From the NCBI GenBank assembly GCA_963666835.2, contig CAXXGO010000001.1, positions 1,216,001-1,280,000 on the forward strand: a stretch of DNA of 64,000 bases, in the 5' to 3' direction. This stretch comes from Phycisphaerae bacterium. GTDB taxonomy: Bacteria > Planctomycetota > Phycisphaerae > UBA1845. A model generated the notes under the pieces. That model saw only the letters and a program-made list of their open reading frames with translations, made no database searches and was not told the DNA's origin. The position numbers were made by a program, and so were the translations under genes. Numbering within the stretch: position 1 is the stretch's first letter; every line of letters starts with the position of its first letter. This document shows, piece by piece, positions 48,627 to 58,479 of the stretch.

Positions 48627-49601
48627 TCACGGCAGATCATTCTCCGAGATGAACTTGAATTCACCCCCGTGCTCGCGGGCGATGTCCTCGAGTAGTTCCG
48701 CCCCGCTGCGGTCGAAGTACGCGATAGTGAAGATTCGCACGCGACGGCTTCGATTCCACTGGTCCAGTTGGGCAATCAACGATCGATCGAACTCGCCGTC
48801 AGTGAGAAAGTACACCAAGTCCGGTTCGGTCGCCAATGCGCGCCGCATGGCCGGGCCGGGGTCCGTGCTGCCCTCCGGATACACCTCGGCGAGGAACTCG
48901 AATAACGCCTTCTTCTGTGCGGCGATTGCGGAGACCAGTTTTTTCGGCGGGTTCTCCATCGGCTGACCCGAATTGAAGAAGATCACATGGAACTTCTGGC
49001 TGCGCCGCAGCTTCGATATGGACCGTTTCAGTTCCGTGCGAACGTGAATGAACGTATCGAGCATCGAACCGCTACGGTCCACCACGTACACGATGCGTTG
49101 TGCCCCGCGCGCCGAGGCCCCCAGCCCGAAGAAATCTGCCGAAGCGACGTGTCCGGCATTGAGGCCATACTCGGAGAAATCGCCGCCGCCCGCGCCGACT
49201 CCGATGATCGTAAGGTCGGGCTTCCGCGATCCGGCTAGCTCTGACAGCTCCTGATAATCCTGCGGAGTGAAGCGAACATCAACCGGCTCGGCCAGCGAGG
49301 ACCGTTCAGGGGTGTCCGGGATTTCTGACGGCGCAAACGAATGGCTGGTGGGGTCTCCGATAAGCTCCACCCGGGTCATTGCCGGGGGGGCTTCCTTGCG
49401 CGGGTTGAACGGGAATACCAGAAACAACAACACGATCAACCCTGCGGTGTGCAGGGCTATGGAACCGAACCACACCAATAGCGCGGTTCGCCCGGTTAAC
49501 CGCATCGGGGCCGAACCGTGATGCGGTGTGGTCGGCGAATCGGCATCGGAATCACCGGCGATGCTGACACGGCTTGTCATTGTCTGATGGACCATCGACA
49601 C
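48627..49601 (-). CDS. Single-pass membrane VWA protein with TonB-like TM motif
   Basis: TM GSIALHTAGLIVLL, Pro-rich linker, VWA MIDAS DRSGSM, GST, FLTDG. Confidence 0.85.
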   Translation of the reverse strand: MSMVHQTMTSRVSIAGDSDADSPTTPHHGSAPMRLTGRTALLVWFGSIALHTAGLIVLLFLVFPFNPRKEAPPAMTRVELIGDPTSHSFAPSEIPDTPERSSLAEPVDVRFTPQDYQELSELAGSRKPDLTIIGVGAGGGDFSEYGLNAGHVASADFFGLGASARGAQRIVYVVDRSGSMLDTFIHVRTELKRSISKLRRSQKFHVIFFNSGQPMENPPKKLVSAIAAQKKALFEFLAEVYPEGSTDPGPAMRRALATEPDLVYFLTDGEFDRSLIAQLDQWNRSRRVRIFTIAYFDRSGAELLEDIAREHGGEFKFISENDLP

Positions 49602-50087
49602 CGAGCCCGCAGGACTCGCTCAAGATACCTCCCTCATACCAGGGGGGGATATAGGGGGGTCCGTTCGAACTTGAGCAGAACCTCCCGTTGCCTTTCACCC
49701 CTCACTTTCGACCGGCAGTTCGGCCGGTGACCACCGCCCTCAGGCCGGTCTCTGATCCGGTTCGAGCCCCACCGAGCACCATATGAAGTGTAGACCCACG
49801 TTGGCGCACGGTCAAACCAACGCTTTCCGACACCCGTTCGGCTGTGGACGCGTCACCCTCCGTAACATCATGTAGCATCCTCCTGCGGGTGGAGTGTCTC
49901 CGTATCTCGTGTACGGTTCGGCAAATGCTGCGCACAGTATCGTCCCGCCATCCGTCATGAACGGCGATAGCTCGCGGAATACCACGCAGGCGATGCCTTC
50001 TGACGCCACATCGACCCGCAGTGCTTTCGCCGAGTGGCCGTCCTCGATAAACTCGAGCTTACGGTTCCTCAACAACGGGAGTCTGTG

Positions 50088-51203
50088 ATGCCCTCTATCT
50101 TGAAAGCCTCTGCCGTCGTGGTTCTCGCCCTTTTCGTTCCGGGTGCGCTCGCGCAACCTGCCGCAGACGAACCCACCACGCCCAACAGCGCGCTGCCCGA
50201 CCTTCCCAACGCCCAACTGGCTTCGCCCGGCGGTCCTTCCAGCCCGCCGGCGCTCGCTGAAGCCTCCGCCGGGCGCGTGTCCGAGCTGACCAAACAGGCG
50301 GACGCGACCGCGGACCCGGCCTTGCGCGCTGAACTGCTTTCGACCGCCGCAAACGAGATTCTCGCCTATCAGGTTGCCTGGGCTTGCACTTGTCGGTTCT
50401 TGTCGATAACGGTCGATCGGGGCGCCCCGCCGGAAGGTGAGTCACGCGCCGCGCTGGATCGGGTCGATGCGTTGTTGACCGCGGCCGGCGGCGCCGCGAA
50501 AGAAGCCCCGTCGAAACCAGAATCAGCGGCGGACCCCGCAATCACGCCGGAGAGTCCGCCGAAAAGCGAGCCCGCGTTGGAGACTTCGCGCGATTTGCTC
50601 CGGGAAGTCGAAACTCTCCAGGCCTTCGCCCGGGCGCTTCGGGTCTACCTGTCCAACGATGCCGACACCGATGCGGTTCGCGCCGCGGCGTCGGAGCTGT
50701 CCGTGCTGTTGGAGGAATCGGACAAACGTGTGGTGGCCGCGGCCGCGTTGTGGCAGGGCTGCTTGCGCAACCGTACGAGCGAGCCGTCCCGCGTCTTGAC
50801 TCTGCTGGCTCCGGCTCTGGCCGACCCCACGCCGGAAGGTATGCCGTTTGCGCTATTTGCCCGCCTGCTGCGCTGTCGAGTGCTGGCCGCCGAGGATGGC
50901 CACGCCGTGGCGTTGGCGCTGCTCACCCAAATCGACGAGCGCTGCGAGCGCTGGTTCACCGATGACTCCGACCGGGCAAACGCTCGCCGGACAATCGCAT
51001 TGGTACGGATGAACATCCTAGCCGCATGGTATGACCGTCTGACCAAGCCCGAAGACTCCGCCGCCCGCCAATGGTGCGCAGATCGCATAGAGATGCTCAA
51101 GACCGAGTACTTCTCCGACGGCCCGCCTGTGATCCTGCCAATCGCCCCGGCCGTGCCTATGATTGCCGCGACGGCCCCGGTTGAACCGGGCGAGGGTTCA
51201 TAG
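50088..51203 (+). CDS. Exported hypothetical helical protein
   Basis: Signal peptide (ALA), Ala/Pro-rich long ORF. Confidence 0.6.
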   Translation: MPSILKASAVVVLALFVPGALAQPAADEPTTPNSALPDLPNAQLASPGGPSSPPALAEASAGRVSELTKQADATADPALRAELLSTAANEILAYQVAWACTCRFLSITVDRGAPPEGESRAALDRVDALLTAAGGAAKEAPSKPESAADPAITPESPPKSEPALETSRDLLREVETLQAFARALRVYLSNDADTDAVRAAASELSVLLEESDKRVVAAAALWQGCLRNRTSEPSRVLTLLAPALADPTPEGMPFALFARLLRCRVLAAEDGHAVALALLTQIDERCERWFTDDSDRANARRTIALVRMNILAAWYDRLTKPEDSAARQWCADRIEMLKTEYFSDGPPVILPIAPAVPMIAATAPVEPGEGS

Positions 51204-51302
51204 GATACCCGGACCGACTGAACGGTTAGACCTCCGCCAGTCTGCGATTGCCCGGCGTTCCGCCCGCCCACAGCCGGTTAACGCCGGAATCCCGCCCGGC
51301 CT

Positions 51303-51320
51303 GTTTACACACCGTTTACA
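51303..51320 (+). promoter_or_regulatory. OmpR/PhoB-type direct-repeat operator GTTTACA-N4-GTTTACA
   Basis: Perfect 7-bp repeats with 11-bp period upstream of a -10-like TACGCT (51342-51347) and the VWA-RR-HK unit. Confidence 0.6.
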
Positions 51321-51542
51321 TCCCCACCGCCGGTTATGGCGTACGCTTAAGTAGTCGAACTTACAGACTCCCGGTGGGGCGGATCCTGCCGACAACGCCT
51401 GACCAAGGCGTGGCCGGTTCAGCCGACACCGTTTTGGAATGTCGGGCCGTTCGACGACCGGCGAAGAAGTGAGACCAGGTTGAGTGGAACGAACGCCGTT
51501 TCGACTCGGCAACGAGACCCAAACCCAATAGGAGACACGATC

Positions 51543-52826
51543 ATGACAGTGCCAACAAACACCACCGCAACCGTGCCGTCGACCGCCAAGCGGGCGTGCC
51601 CGCGTTCCCGTTTACAGCTCGGTAGGGTCCGCTGTGCGGACCGAACTTCACAGAGAACCTCGGAGAATGTAACGGCCCGCCCAGCGGGCGTCACGCGTGC
51701 GGTCTTATTCGCCGCCGCCTTGTGTCTGATCATCGCTCTTGCGGCCCAGGCCCCGCGGGTTTCCGCCACGACGATTGACGAAGCCCGTCCCGTCGATCTG
51801 GTCATTGCTCTCGACACATCCGGCAGCATGACGCAACTGATCGACTCGGCTCGTGCCAAGCTTTGGGAGGTGGTTAACGAGCTTGCCCTGGCCAAGCCCA
51901 CACCGCGGCTGCGGGTGGGTCTGCTGACGTACGGCACGCCGCAACTGTCTACTGCTGCTCAGGGTTGGGTCGTGCGGCAGATGGACCTCACCGATGATCT
52001 GGACACGATCTACGCCAGAATGATGGCCATGACGACTGACGGTGGCGATGAGTACGTCGGATGGGTGCTCAACGACGCCGTGAAGACCATGAGCTGGTCA
52101 ACCGACCCGAAAGCCGCCCGGATAGTCTTTGTTGCAGGCAACGAGTCCGCCGATCAGGCGGCCGAACACTTCAACTTCCGCCAGGTCGCTGAGCACGCTC
52201 GGCAGCTCGGCATCATTATCAATGCGATCTACGCCGGCGGTGAGGCCGCCGGGATCTCTGAGCATTGGAACGAAGTGGCTCTCCACGGGGGCGGCAGCTA
52301 CACCGCCATTGATATGGCACAAGGCACAGTGCAGATCGCCACTCCGCATGACAAGGTCCTGGTTGAACTGGACGTCGAGCTGAACGCCACCTACATCCCC
52401 TACGGAATCAGAGGAGCCCAAGGTAAGGCCAATCAGCAAGCCCAGGATGCCAACGCCGCGAGCATGGGTGAGCAGTCCCGGGCAAGCCGGGCCGGTGCCA
52501 AGGCGGGCAAACTCTACAACAACGCCTACTGGGATCTCGTCGACGCGTGCCGCCAAGAGGGGTTCAAACTCGACGACGTCCGCAAGGACGATCTGCCCGA
52601 GAAGATGCGATCCATGACCATCGCGGAGCGCAAGGCCTATGTCGACGGGATGCTCAAGAGTCGGGAGGCGGTGCAAAAACGTATCCAGGAGGTTAACATC
52701 GCCCGCAGTCAGTTCCTGCAAGACGCTCAACGCGATTCCGGCAAAACCAGCCTGGACGATGCCCTTCGCCGGGCGATTCGCGAGCAGCTCCAGTCAAAGG
52801 GGTTCACTTTTTCGGATGAGCGGTAG
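51543..52826 (+). CDS. Exported VWA-domain protein
   Basis: DLVIALDTSGSM MIDAS, GGDEYVG, FVAGNE; hydrophobic signal/anchor. Confidence 0.88.
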   Translation: MTVPTNTTATVPSTAKRACPRSRLQLGRVRCADRTSQRTSENVTARPAGVTRAVLFAAALCLIIALAAQAPRVSATTIDEARPVDLVIALDTSGSMTQLIDSARAKLWEVVNELALAKPTPRLRVGLLTYGTPQLSTAAQGWVVRQMDLTDDLDTIYARMMAMTTDGGDEYVGWVLNDAVKTMSWSTDPKAARIVFVAGNESADQAAEHFNFRQVAEHARQLGIIINAIYAGGEAAGISEHWNEVALHGGGSYTAIDMAQGTVQIATPHDKVLVELDVELNATYIPYGIRGAQGKANQQAQDANAASMGEQSRASRAGAKAGKLYNNAYWDLVDACRQEGFKLDDVRKDDLPEKMRSMTIAERKAYVDGMLKSREAVQKRIQEVNIARSQFLQDAQRDSGKTSLDDALRRAIREQLQSKGFTFSDER

Positions 52827-52933
52827 GCGACTGTCGGGGGCGTTCGAAACGCCAGTCGGCCGGCCCACTCATGGGATCGGCCTCAGGCAAACGTGACGGT
52901 GACGCAACTCACGGTTTTTTGGCAGGGACGATC

Positions 52934-55045
52934 ATGTTAACAACACCACGCATTTCAATAATTGGGCAAACGATGGTTGCTGTTGGTCTTGTCGTACTCG
53001 CCTCGGCCACTATCGCATCGGACAACAGCCCCGCGCTTCCACCCGAGATCGATGCGGCAACGACCGACGGACACGTTCCGGCTAGCTGGTCGTTGATTAG
53101 AGGGGCGATCTTCCAGGAGCTACGCACGACCGATTTGCTGGACTTGGCCGGACGGTTGGCGGCGGAGCCGGTCCCACAGGATCCGGTGGAGATCGTGCGG
53201 CGTTTCACTATCTTCCTCCTCGCGGGGTACCGGACACACGCCGCGGCAATGCTGGACCGTCTGGACGACAAGACGGTGGAGAGTTGGGAGCTCTTCGATG
53301 TTGTGAGTTTCCTGGCTGACCACGGGGAATGGGCTCTGGTTCGGCGTATGCAGGAACGGTATCCGCAATTGGGGCACATGCGGGCCTACGACGCCATCAA
53401 TGAATGGATCGCGACCGGGGAGCAGCCGGCCGTAATCGATGATTGGCTGGCAGCCCGGGCCGAAGCGGAGCCCGATCTCTGGGTTCCGATGCGGATGTGG
53501 TTCCGGGCGAGCATGGGAACTCAGGAGGAACTCCTGCAATCGCTCGAAGAAGACTGCAAGGCCAATCCGACCGACGGAACCAAAGCGCGCGTCTACCTCC
53601 AAGAAGTGGGGCACGCGAAATCGCCCCCGGCGTTGGATTGGATGGGTGAAATCTGCCGGCCTGAGTTTGCTCGGGACAGCTACCGGATTGGCGAGATGTT
53701 GTGGGCTCGAGGCACTCCCGGCGCGGCGTGCCGGTTGCTCGAGCACTCGCTAGCCACTCCTATGACCTGGCAAGACGTCGTCCCCACGCAGAGGGTGACT
53801 ACGCAGCAAAGAGATACGCGATCATCACCGGATGAGAGCTTGCTCCGTGATATGACCAATCGTGCCTTGCTGAAATGCTACGGAGAGCTGGGCTATACCG
53901 ACAAGTCCGAGAAGTTGATGGCGGAGTTGCTTCAGAACGAGGGCACCAAGGAATCCCCTCGACGCTTGGTGGACTTAGGCCGACTGTCCGGTGAGATTGG
54001 AGCGAAGCGGGCTCGCGCCCACGCTGGTGATCTCCTGCAAAGCCGGGAAAGCGAAGAAGGAGATTCGCCCGAGTATTGGCTCGCTCGTGCCCGCAGTCAT
54101 ATCGATTGCGGACAGACTAAGGAGGCGCTTGATGCCTTCATTAGGAGTCTCCAACTCGCACCGTACGAACCGCACCGCAGAGGAAAGGTCCCGGCAAGCA
54201 CGCGCTGTATGGCGCTGAATGCCTATTGGCGGTATCTCTGCGAGATCAACCAATCAGATAAGGCCTACCGGTTTCTGCGAACGGAGCTCAGAAGGGCGCC
54301 GGATGGCACGCAATCGGCCCATCGTACCATGGCATTCCTTCTTCAGCTTCATCGAGATTCCGGGCGGCCGATCGACCCCGATGACGATCTTCTGTGGGCC
54401 TACTTCGCAAATAATACCAAGTGGCGCTATCCAGCCAGGAATCTCCTGCGGAGCATGCTTCTTGAGACGCCGTCCGAACAACGCGATGCATTCTGGACCC
54501 GCGTTGAGAAGCTAACCCGGAACGCGGATCCCACCCGGACGCTCGAGCTGGCCGAAGTCATGTTGGATGCAGGCGAGGCCGTCCGAGCCATACCAATCCT
54601 GCAAGACCTGGCAAAGCGGGCTGATCCGAAACGCGATGGCCCTGCAATTGCAGAACTCCTGTTTACGTGCCACCTTCGTGTGCAGGATTGGCGGGCGGCG
54701 GAGAAGATCTTCGCCGATTCGGAAGGTAGGGAGCACTCTCGGACGATGGCTGGCTTACGCCAACTAGCCACCGCAGCCGGGCAGGGCGGGGCGGCGGAGG
54801 ATGCGCTGCGGTTCTGGAAGTCACGAGCGGGTCTGGACTTCACCGACCTTAACGGTCTGAAAGAACTGGCCGAAATGGGCTTGAGGGAACGCCTGCAGGA
54901 GTACTACACTGCGACGATGCAGCGGGCTCCGGACAGTTGGGTGCCTGCGAAGGCGCTGCAACTCCTGAGCGAAGAGGAGCGAGATGACCAAAACGTGCAT
55001 CCTGGTAATCGAAGACGACGCGGCCATTCGCGAGGGGATCGTTGA
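52934..55045 (+). CDS. Exported hypothetical TPR-like protein
   Basis: Signal peptide, helical repeats; 3' end overlaps the response regulator by 62 bp. Confidence 0.6.
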   Translation: MLTTPRISIIGQTMVAVGLVVLASATIASDNSPALPPEIDAATTDGHVPASWSLIRGAIFQELRTTDLLDLAGRLAAEPVPQDPVEIVRRFTIFLLAGYRTHAAAMLDRLDDKTVESWELFDVVSFLADHGEWALVRRMQERYPQLGHMRAYDAINEWIATGEQPAVIDDWLAARAEAEPDLWVPMRMWFRASMGTQEELLQSLEEDCKANPTDGTKARVYLQEVGHAKSPPALDWMGEICRPEFARDSYRIGEMLWARGTPGAACRLLEHSLATPMTWQDVVPTQRVTTQQRDTRSSPDESLLRDMTNRALLKCYGELGYTDKSEKLMAELLQNEGTKESPRRLVDLGRLSGEIGAKRARAHAGDLLQSRESEEGDSPEYWLARARSHIDCGQTKEALDAFIRSLQLAPYEPHRRGKVPASTRCMALNAYWRYLCEINQSDKAYRFLRTELRRAPDGTQSAHRTMAFLLQLHRDSGRPIDPDDDLLWAYFANNTKWRYPARNLLRSMLLETPSEQRDAFWTRVEKLTRNADPTRTLELAEVMLDAGEAVRAIPILQDLAKRADPKRDGPAIAELLFTCHLRVQDWRAAEKIFADSEGREHSRTMAGLRQLATAAGQGGAAEDALRFWKSRAGLDFTDLNGLKELAEMGLRERLQEYYTATMQRAPDSWVPAKALQLLSEEERDDQNVHPGNRRRRGHSRGDR

Positions 55046-55691
55046 CGCCCTTGCCTTCCAGGGCTTTGCGACCCTGCAGGCGGGCGACGGGGTGACCGGG
55101 GCGGAGATGGCCGCGTCGGGCGAGTACGATCTTCTGCTACTCGATCTGGTTCTGCCAGGTCGCGATGGTCTGGAGATCCTGCAGGAGCTGCGGAAGCTCC
55201 GCCCGACGATTCCGGTGATCATTCTCACCGCCCGCGGAGGAGAGCAAGACCGCGTCCGGGGGCTTCGGCTCGGCGCAGACGACTACGTAGTGAAGCCCTT
55301 CAGTGTGGACGAGCTGCTGGCCCGGGTTGACGCCGTGTTGCGTCGATCACCGGAACGACCCTCCGACGTGAGTGGCATTCGGTTCCCCGGCGGCGAGGTC
55401 GATTTCGCCAGGTGCGAAGTGCGTTACGACGGCGGCGAACGCGCAGAGTTGTCCGAGCGGGAGCGGGAGTTGCTCCGGTATTTGGTCTGCAACAGCGGCC
55501 GGGCTATCTCGAGAGAGGAGATTCTGTCGCACGTTTGGCGTCTTGATCCGCGCGGCGTTACCACGCGGACTATCGACGTGCATATTGGCCGACTTCGCGA
55601 AAAGCTCCGCGACGACCCGTCCGACCCGCGGGTTCTTCTGACCGTGCGGGGCAAGGGCTACATGATCGCGAAGATCGAGGCTTTGCCATGA
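54984..55691 (+). CDS. OmpR-family response regulator
   Basis: ILVIEDD, LLDLVLPG, LTAR, GADDYVVKPF, RTIDVHIGRLREK, TVRGKGY. Confidence 0.95.
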   Translation: MTKTCILVIEDDAAIREGIVDALAFQGFATLQAGDGVTGAEMAASGEYDLLLLDLVLPGRDGLEILQELRKLRPTIPVIILTARGGEQDRVRGLRLGADDYVVKPFSVDELLARVDAVLRRSPERPSDVSGIRFPGGEVDFARCEVRYDGGERAELSERERELLRYLVCNSGRAISREEILSHVWRLDPRGVTTRTIDVHIGRLREKLRDDPSDPRVLLTVRGKGYMIAKIEALP

Positions 55692-57463
55692 GCCGCCCCT
55701 GGCAAGTCTGGATGCTCTTTGCCGCGGGCTTGGCTCTGGTGCTGGCGGCCATGGGGTGGATCAGCCTCATCGCATTCCGGCTGGAGCGATCGGAACACCA
55801 AGCCCGGTGTAATGCCGTGCTGGAGGAGAACGTCCAGTTAGCTCTGTGGCGAATGGAGGCGGCTCTGGCTCCGATGATCGCCGAAGAGAACGGGCGGCCG
55901 TATGTCGCCTACAGGTCCTTCTTCGACCCGGGACAGGCCTACGCTCGGTACCTGGACGGGGCGGTTTCCAGCGAGACTCTCGTGCCGTCTCCGCTGCTTA
56001 CCGGTCGCCCGGCCAACACGCTCGTTCACTTTCAGATCGATCCGCAGGACCGTCTTTCGTCGCCGCAAGTGCCGGCGGAAGAACTGCGGAAACCGGCGGA
56101 GAGCAAGTACCTTGCTGCGGAGGTTGTTGCCTCCTCGGCCGCGGAGTTGGAGGAGCTGAAATCACTGCTCGATGTGCCGAAACTGCGCGAGCTGCTTTGC
56201 CGGCCGTTCCTCACCCTCGGCCCGGACGCGCCAATAGAACGTTCCGATACGCAACTCGATGAGGTCTTCGGTCAGATGATGGCCGAGCAGTCGCAGATGA
56301 AGCAGGCCCGGCAGCGAGGCCCCACCGAACAGCGTGCCCGTTTCCAGCAGGCTGCTTCGAATGTAGTGGTTCCCGCGGCGCCGCTGACCGACGATCGGAA
56401 AGCAGTGGGCAGCCCGATCAGGGCGTTGTGGATGAACGGTGCGCTCATGCTGGCCCGACGAGTGCAGACGGACGGGGGGGAGTATGTTCAAGGCTGTCGG
56501 CTCGATTGGCCGGCGATCGAACTAAGGCTCAAGGAGAAGATCGCCGATCTCCTTCCCGATGCTGATCTCGAGCCGGTTCAGGCTGAGACGCCCTCCGCCG
56601 AGACTCGAATGCTGGCCGCACTGCCGGTTCGACTCGTTCCGGGCGGATTACCCGCCGCGGTGGAGCAACGGCTATCGGTAATCCGCGTATCATTGGTCGT
56701 TGCGTGGATCGGGGTGCTGGTGGGGGCTCTCGCAATCGCCGCTTTGTTGGGAGGCGCTGTCTCGTTGAGCGAGCGGCGGGCGACGTTCGTTTCGGCCGTA
56801 ACTCATGAGCTCCGCACACCGTTGACCACGTTGGGCATGTACACGGATATGCTGCAAAAGGGAATGGTCCCCGGTGAGGAGAAACGTCGGCATTATCTCG
56901 CCACCATGCAGACCGAGGTACGGCGGCTTACCCACATGGTGAGCAACGTACTCGCGTTTGCCAGGTTGGAGCGAACGAAGCCGCGCCAGACTGCCGAAAG
57001 AACGGCACTTATCGAGCTGGTCCACCGCCTGCAAGACCGCTTTGCCGCCCGGGCGGGATTGGCCGATATGCAGTTTGCAGTTGATGTCGAGCCTGCGGCA
57101 CTTGATCGACGGGTGATGGCCGATCCGGACCTCGTCGAGCAGATCCTGTTCAACCTGGTCGATAACGCCTGCAAGTACGCCGGTGGGGGCGAGAATCCCG
57201 TTATTCACTGGGAGATCTCCGCAACACGCAGAACTGTGGTCATGCGAATTCGGGATCACGGCCCGGGCATCCCGGACTCGGAACTACGGCGGATCTTCCG
57301 TGCTTTCAGCAAGTCCGCCAAAGATGCCGCCCATTCCGCGCCGGGCGTGGGTCTGGGTCTTTCGCTCGCCCGGCGACTGGCTCGCAGTGTCGGTGGCGAT
57401 CTCCAACTCGATCCCCGTTGCCGGGAGGGGGCGTGCTTTGTGCTCACTCTGCCGGCCGCCTGA
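55688..57463 (+). CDS. Sensor histidine kinase (2 TM, large periplasmic loop)
   Basis: FVSAVTHELRTPLT, NLVDNACKY, DHGPGI, GVGLGL. Confidence 0.95.
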   Translation: MSRPWQVWMLFAAGLALVLAAMGWISLIAFRLERSEHQARCNAVLEENVQLALWRMEAALAPMIAEENGRPYVAYRSFFDPGQAYARYLDGAVSSETLVPSPLLTGRPANTLVHFQIDPQDRLSSPQVPAEELRKPAESKYLAAEVVASSAAELEELKSLLDVPKLRELLCRPFLTLGPDAPIERSDTQLDEVFGQMMAEQSQMKQARQRGPTEQRARFQQAASNVVVPAAPLTDDRKAVGSPIRALWMNGALMLARRVQTDGGEYVQGCRLDWPAIELRLKEKIADLLPDADLEPVQAETPSAETRMLAALPVRLVPGGLPAAVEQRLSVIRVSLVVAWIGVLVGALAIAALLGGAVSLSERRATFVSAVTHELRTPLTTLGMYTDMLQKGMVPGEEKRRHYLATMQTEVRRLTHMVSNVLAFARLERTKPRQTAERTALIELVHRLQDRFAARAGLADMQFAVDVEPAALDRRVMADPDLVEQILFNLVDNACKYAGGGENPVIHWEISATRRTVVMRIRDHGPGIPDSELRRIFRAFSKSAKDAAHSAPGVGLGLSLARRLARSVGGDLQLDPRCREGACFVLTLPAA

Positions 57464-57488
57464 TCGACTGCGGAAGCCAGACCAGTCG

Positions 57489-58274
57489 TTATTGCCCGAT
57501 CGTTCTCCCACCGTCGATGGGAAGGTTGACGCCGGTAACGTAGGAAGCGGCCGGGCAGGCCAGAAAGCCGACTACGGCCGCGAATTCTCTGGGGTCGGCG
57601 AATCGGCCGATTGGAACCGACGCGGCCATGCGCTGGGCGACCTCGTCCGAACTTACACCGTCGCGCTTCGCCCATACGCGGAGGATTGCCCGTAACCGGT
57701 CCGTATCCACGAAGCCCGGTAGCACGTTGTTGACCGTAATACCGAAGGGGGCCAGTTCCATAGCCGAGGTTTTGCCCCAATTCGCCACGGCCCCGCGGAT
57801 GGTATTCGATACCCCTAGCCCGCGAATCGGCAGAAGCACCGAAGTAGAGATAACGTTGATTATCCGGCCGAAGCCTGCCGCCTTCATCCCCGGCACCAGG
57901 GACTGCGCTAGACGCTGAAAGCAGAGCACGTGGTTGGAGAATGCCTGGGCAAGGTCGTCTGATGAAGCATCAAGCAGCGCCCCGGCCGGTGGACCGCCGG
58001 TGTTATTGACCAGAATGTGAATCGCCCCGGCCGCCCGAACATGCTTGTCGACTGCCTGCTGCAGGCCGGCCGGGTCCGATGAGTCGGCGCAAATGTAATC
58101 GTGAGTCTGCCCCGCCTCCGTGTTGAGATTCCCCGCCACGTCCTTGAGGGCCTTCGCATCGCGCGCTACCAACGTCACGGCCGCCCCGAGGTTTGCCAGT
58201 TGCTCCGCGCACGCCCGGCCTATCCCTCTTGATGCTCCGCCTACCAATGCTCGTCGACCCTGCAGCGAGTCCAT
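57489..58274 (-). CDS. Short-chain dehydrogenase/reductase (3-oxoacyl-ACP reductase-like)
   Basis: GASRGIG, NNTGGP, SNTIR in place of YxxxK, PIDGG. Confidence 0.9.
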   Translation of the reverse strand: MDSLQGRRALVGGASRGIGRACAEQLANLGAAVTLVARDAKALKDVAGNLNTEAGQTHDYICADSSDPAGLQQAVDKHVRAAGAIHILVNNTGGPPAGALLDASSDDLAQAFSNHVLCFQRLAQSLVPGMKAAGFGRIINVISTSVLLPIRGLGVSNTIRGAVANWGKTSAMELAPFGITVNNVLPGFVDTDRLRAILRVWAKRDGVSSDEVAQRMAASVPIGRFADPREFAAVVGFLACPAASYVTGVNLPIDGGRTIGQ

Positions 58275-58479
58275 ACACAATACCTCCTTCTTGTCGAGCC
58301 CAAGGCTACGAGGGTGAGACCTGCTCCGCAAGCGGGGTACAGCGCGTTGGAGTCGGATAGCAGCTCAGCGCCCGAGCGTGCTTGCCGTTGGTCGGTTGGG
58401 CGGCTACCTTTCACGTGGTCTCTTCAAGCGGATAGCATGTGCGAGAGGGTACTTACGATCATTGACGGACAACCGGGCG

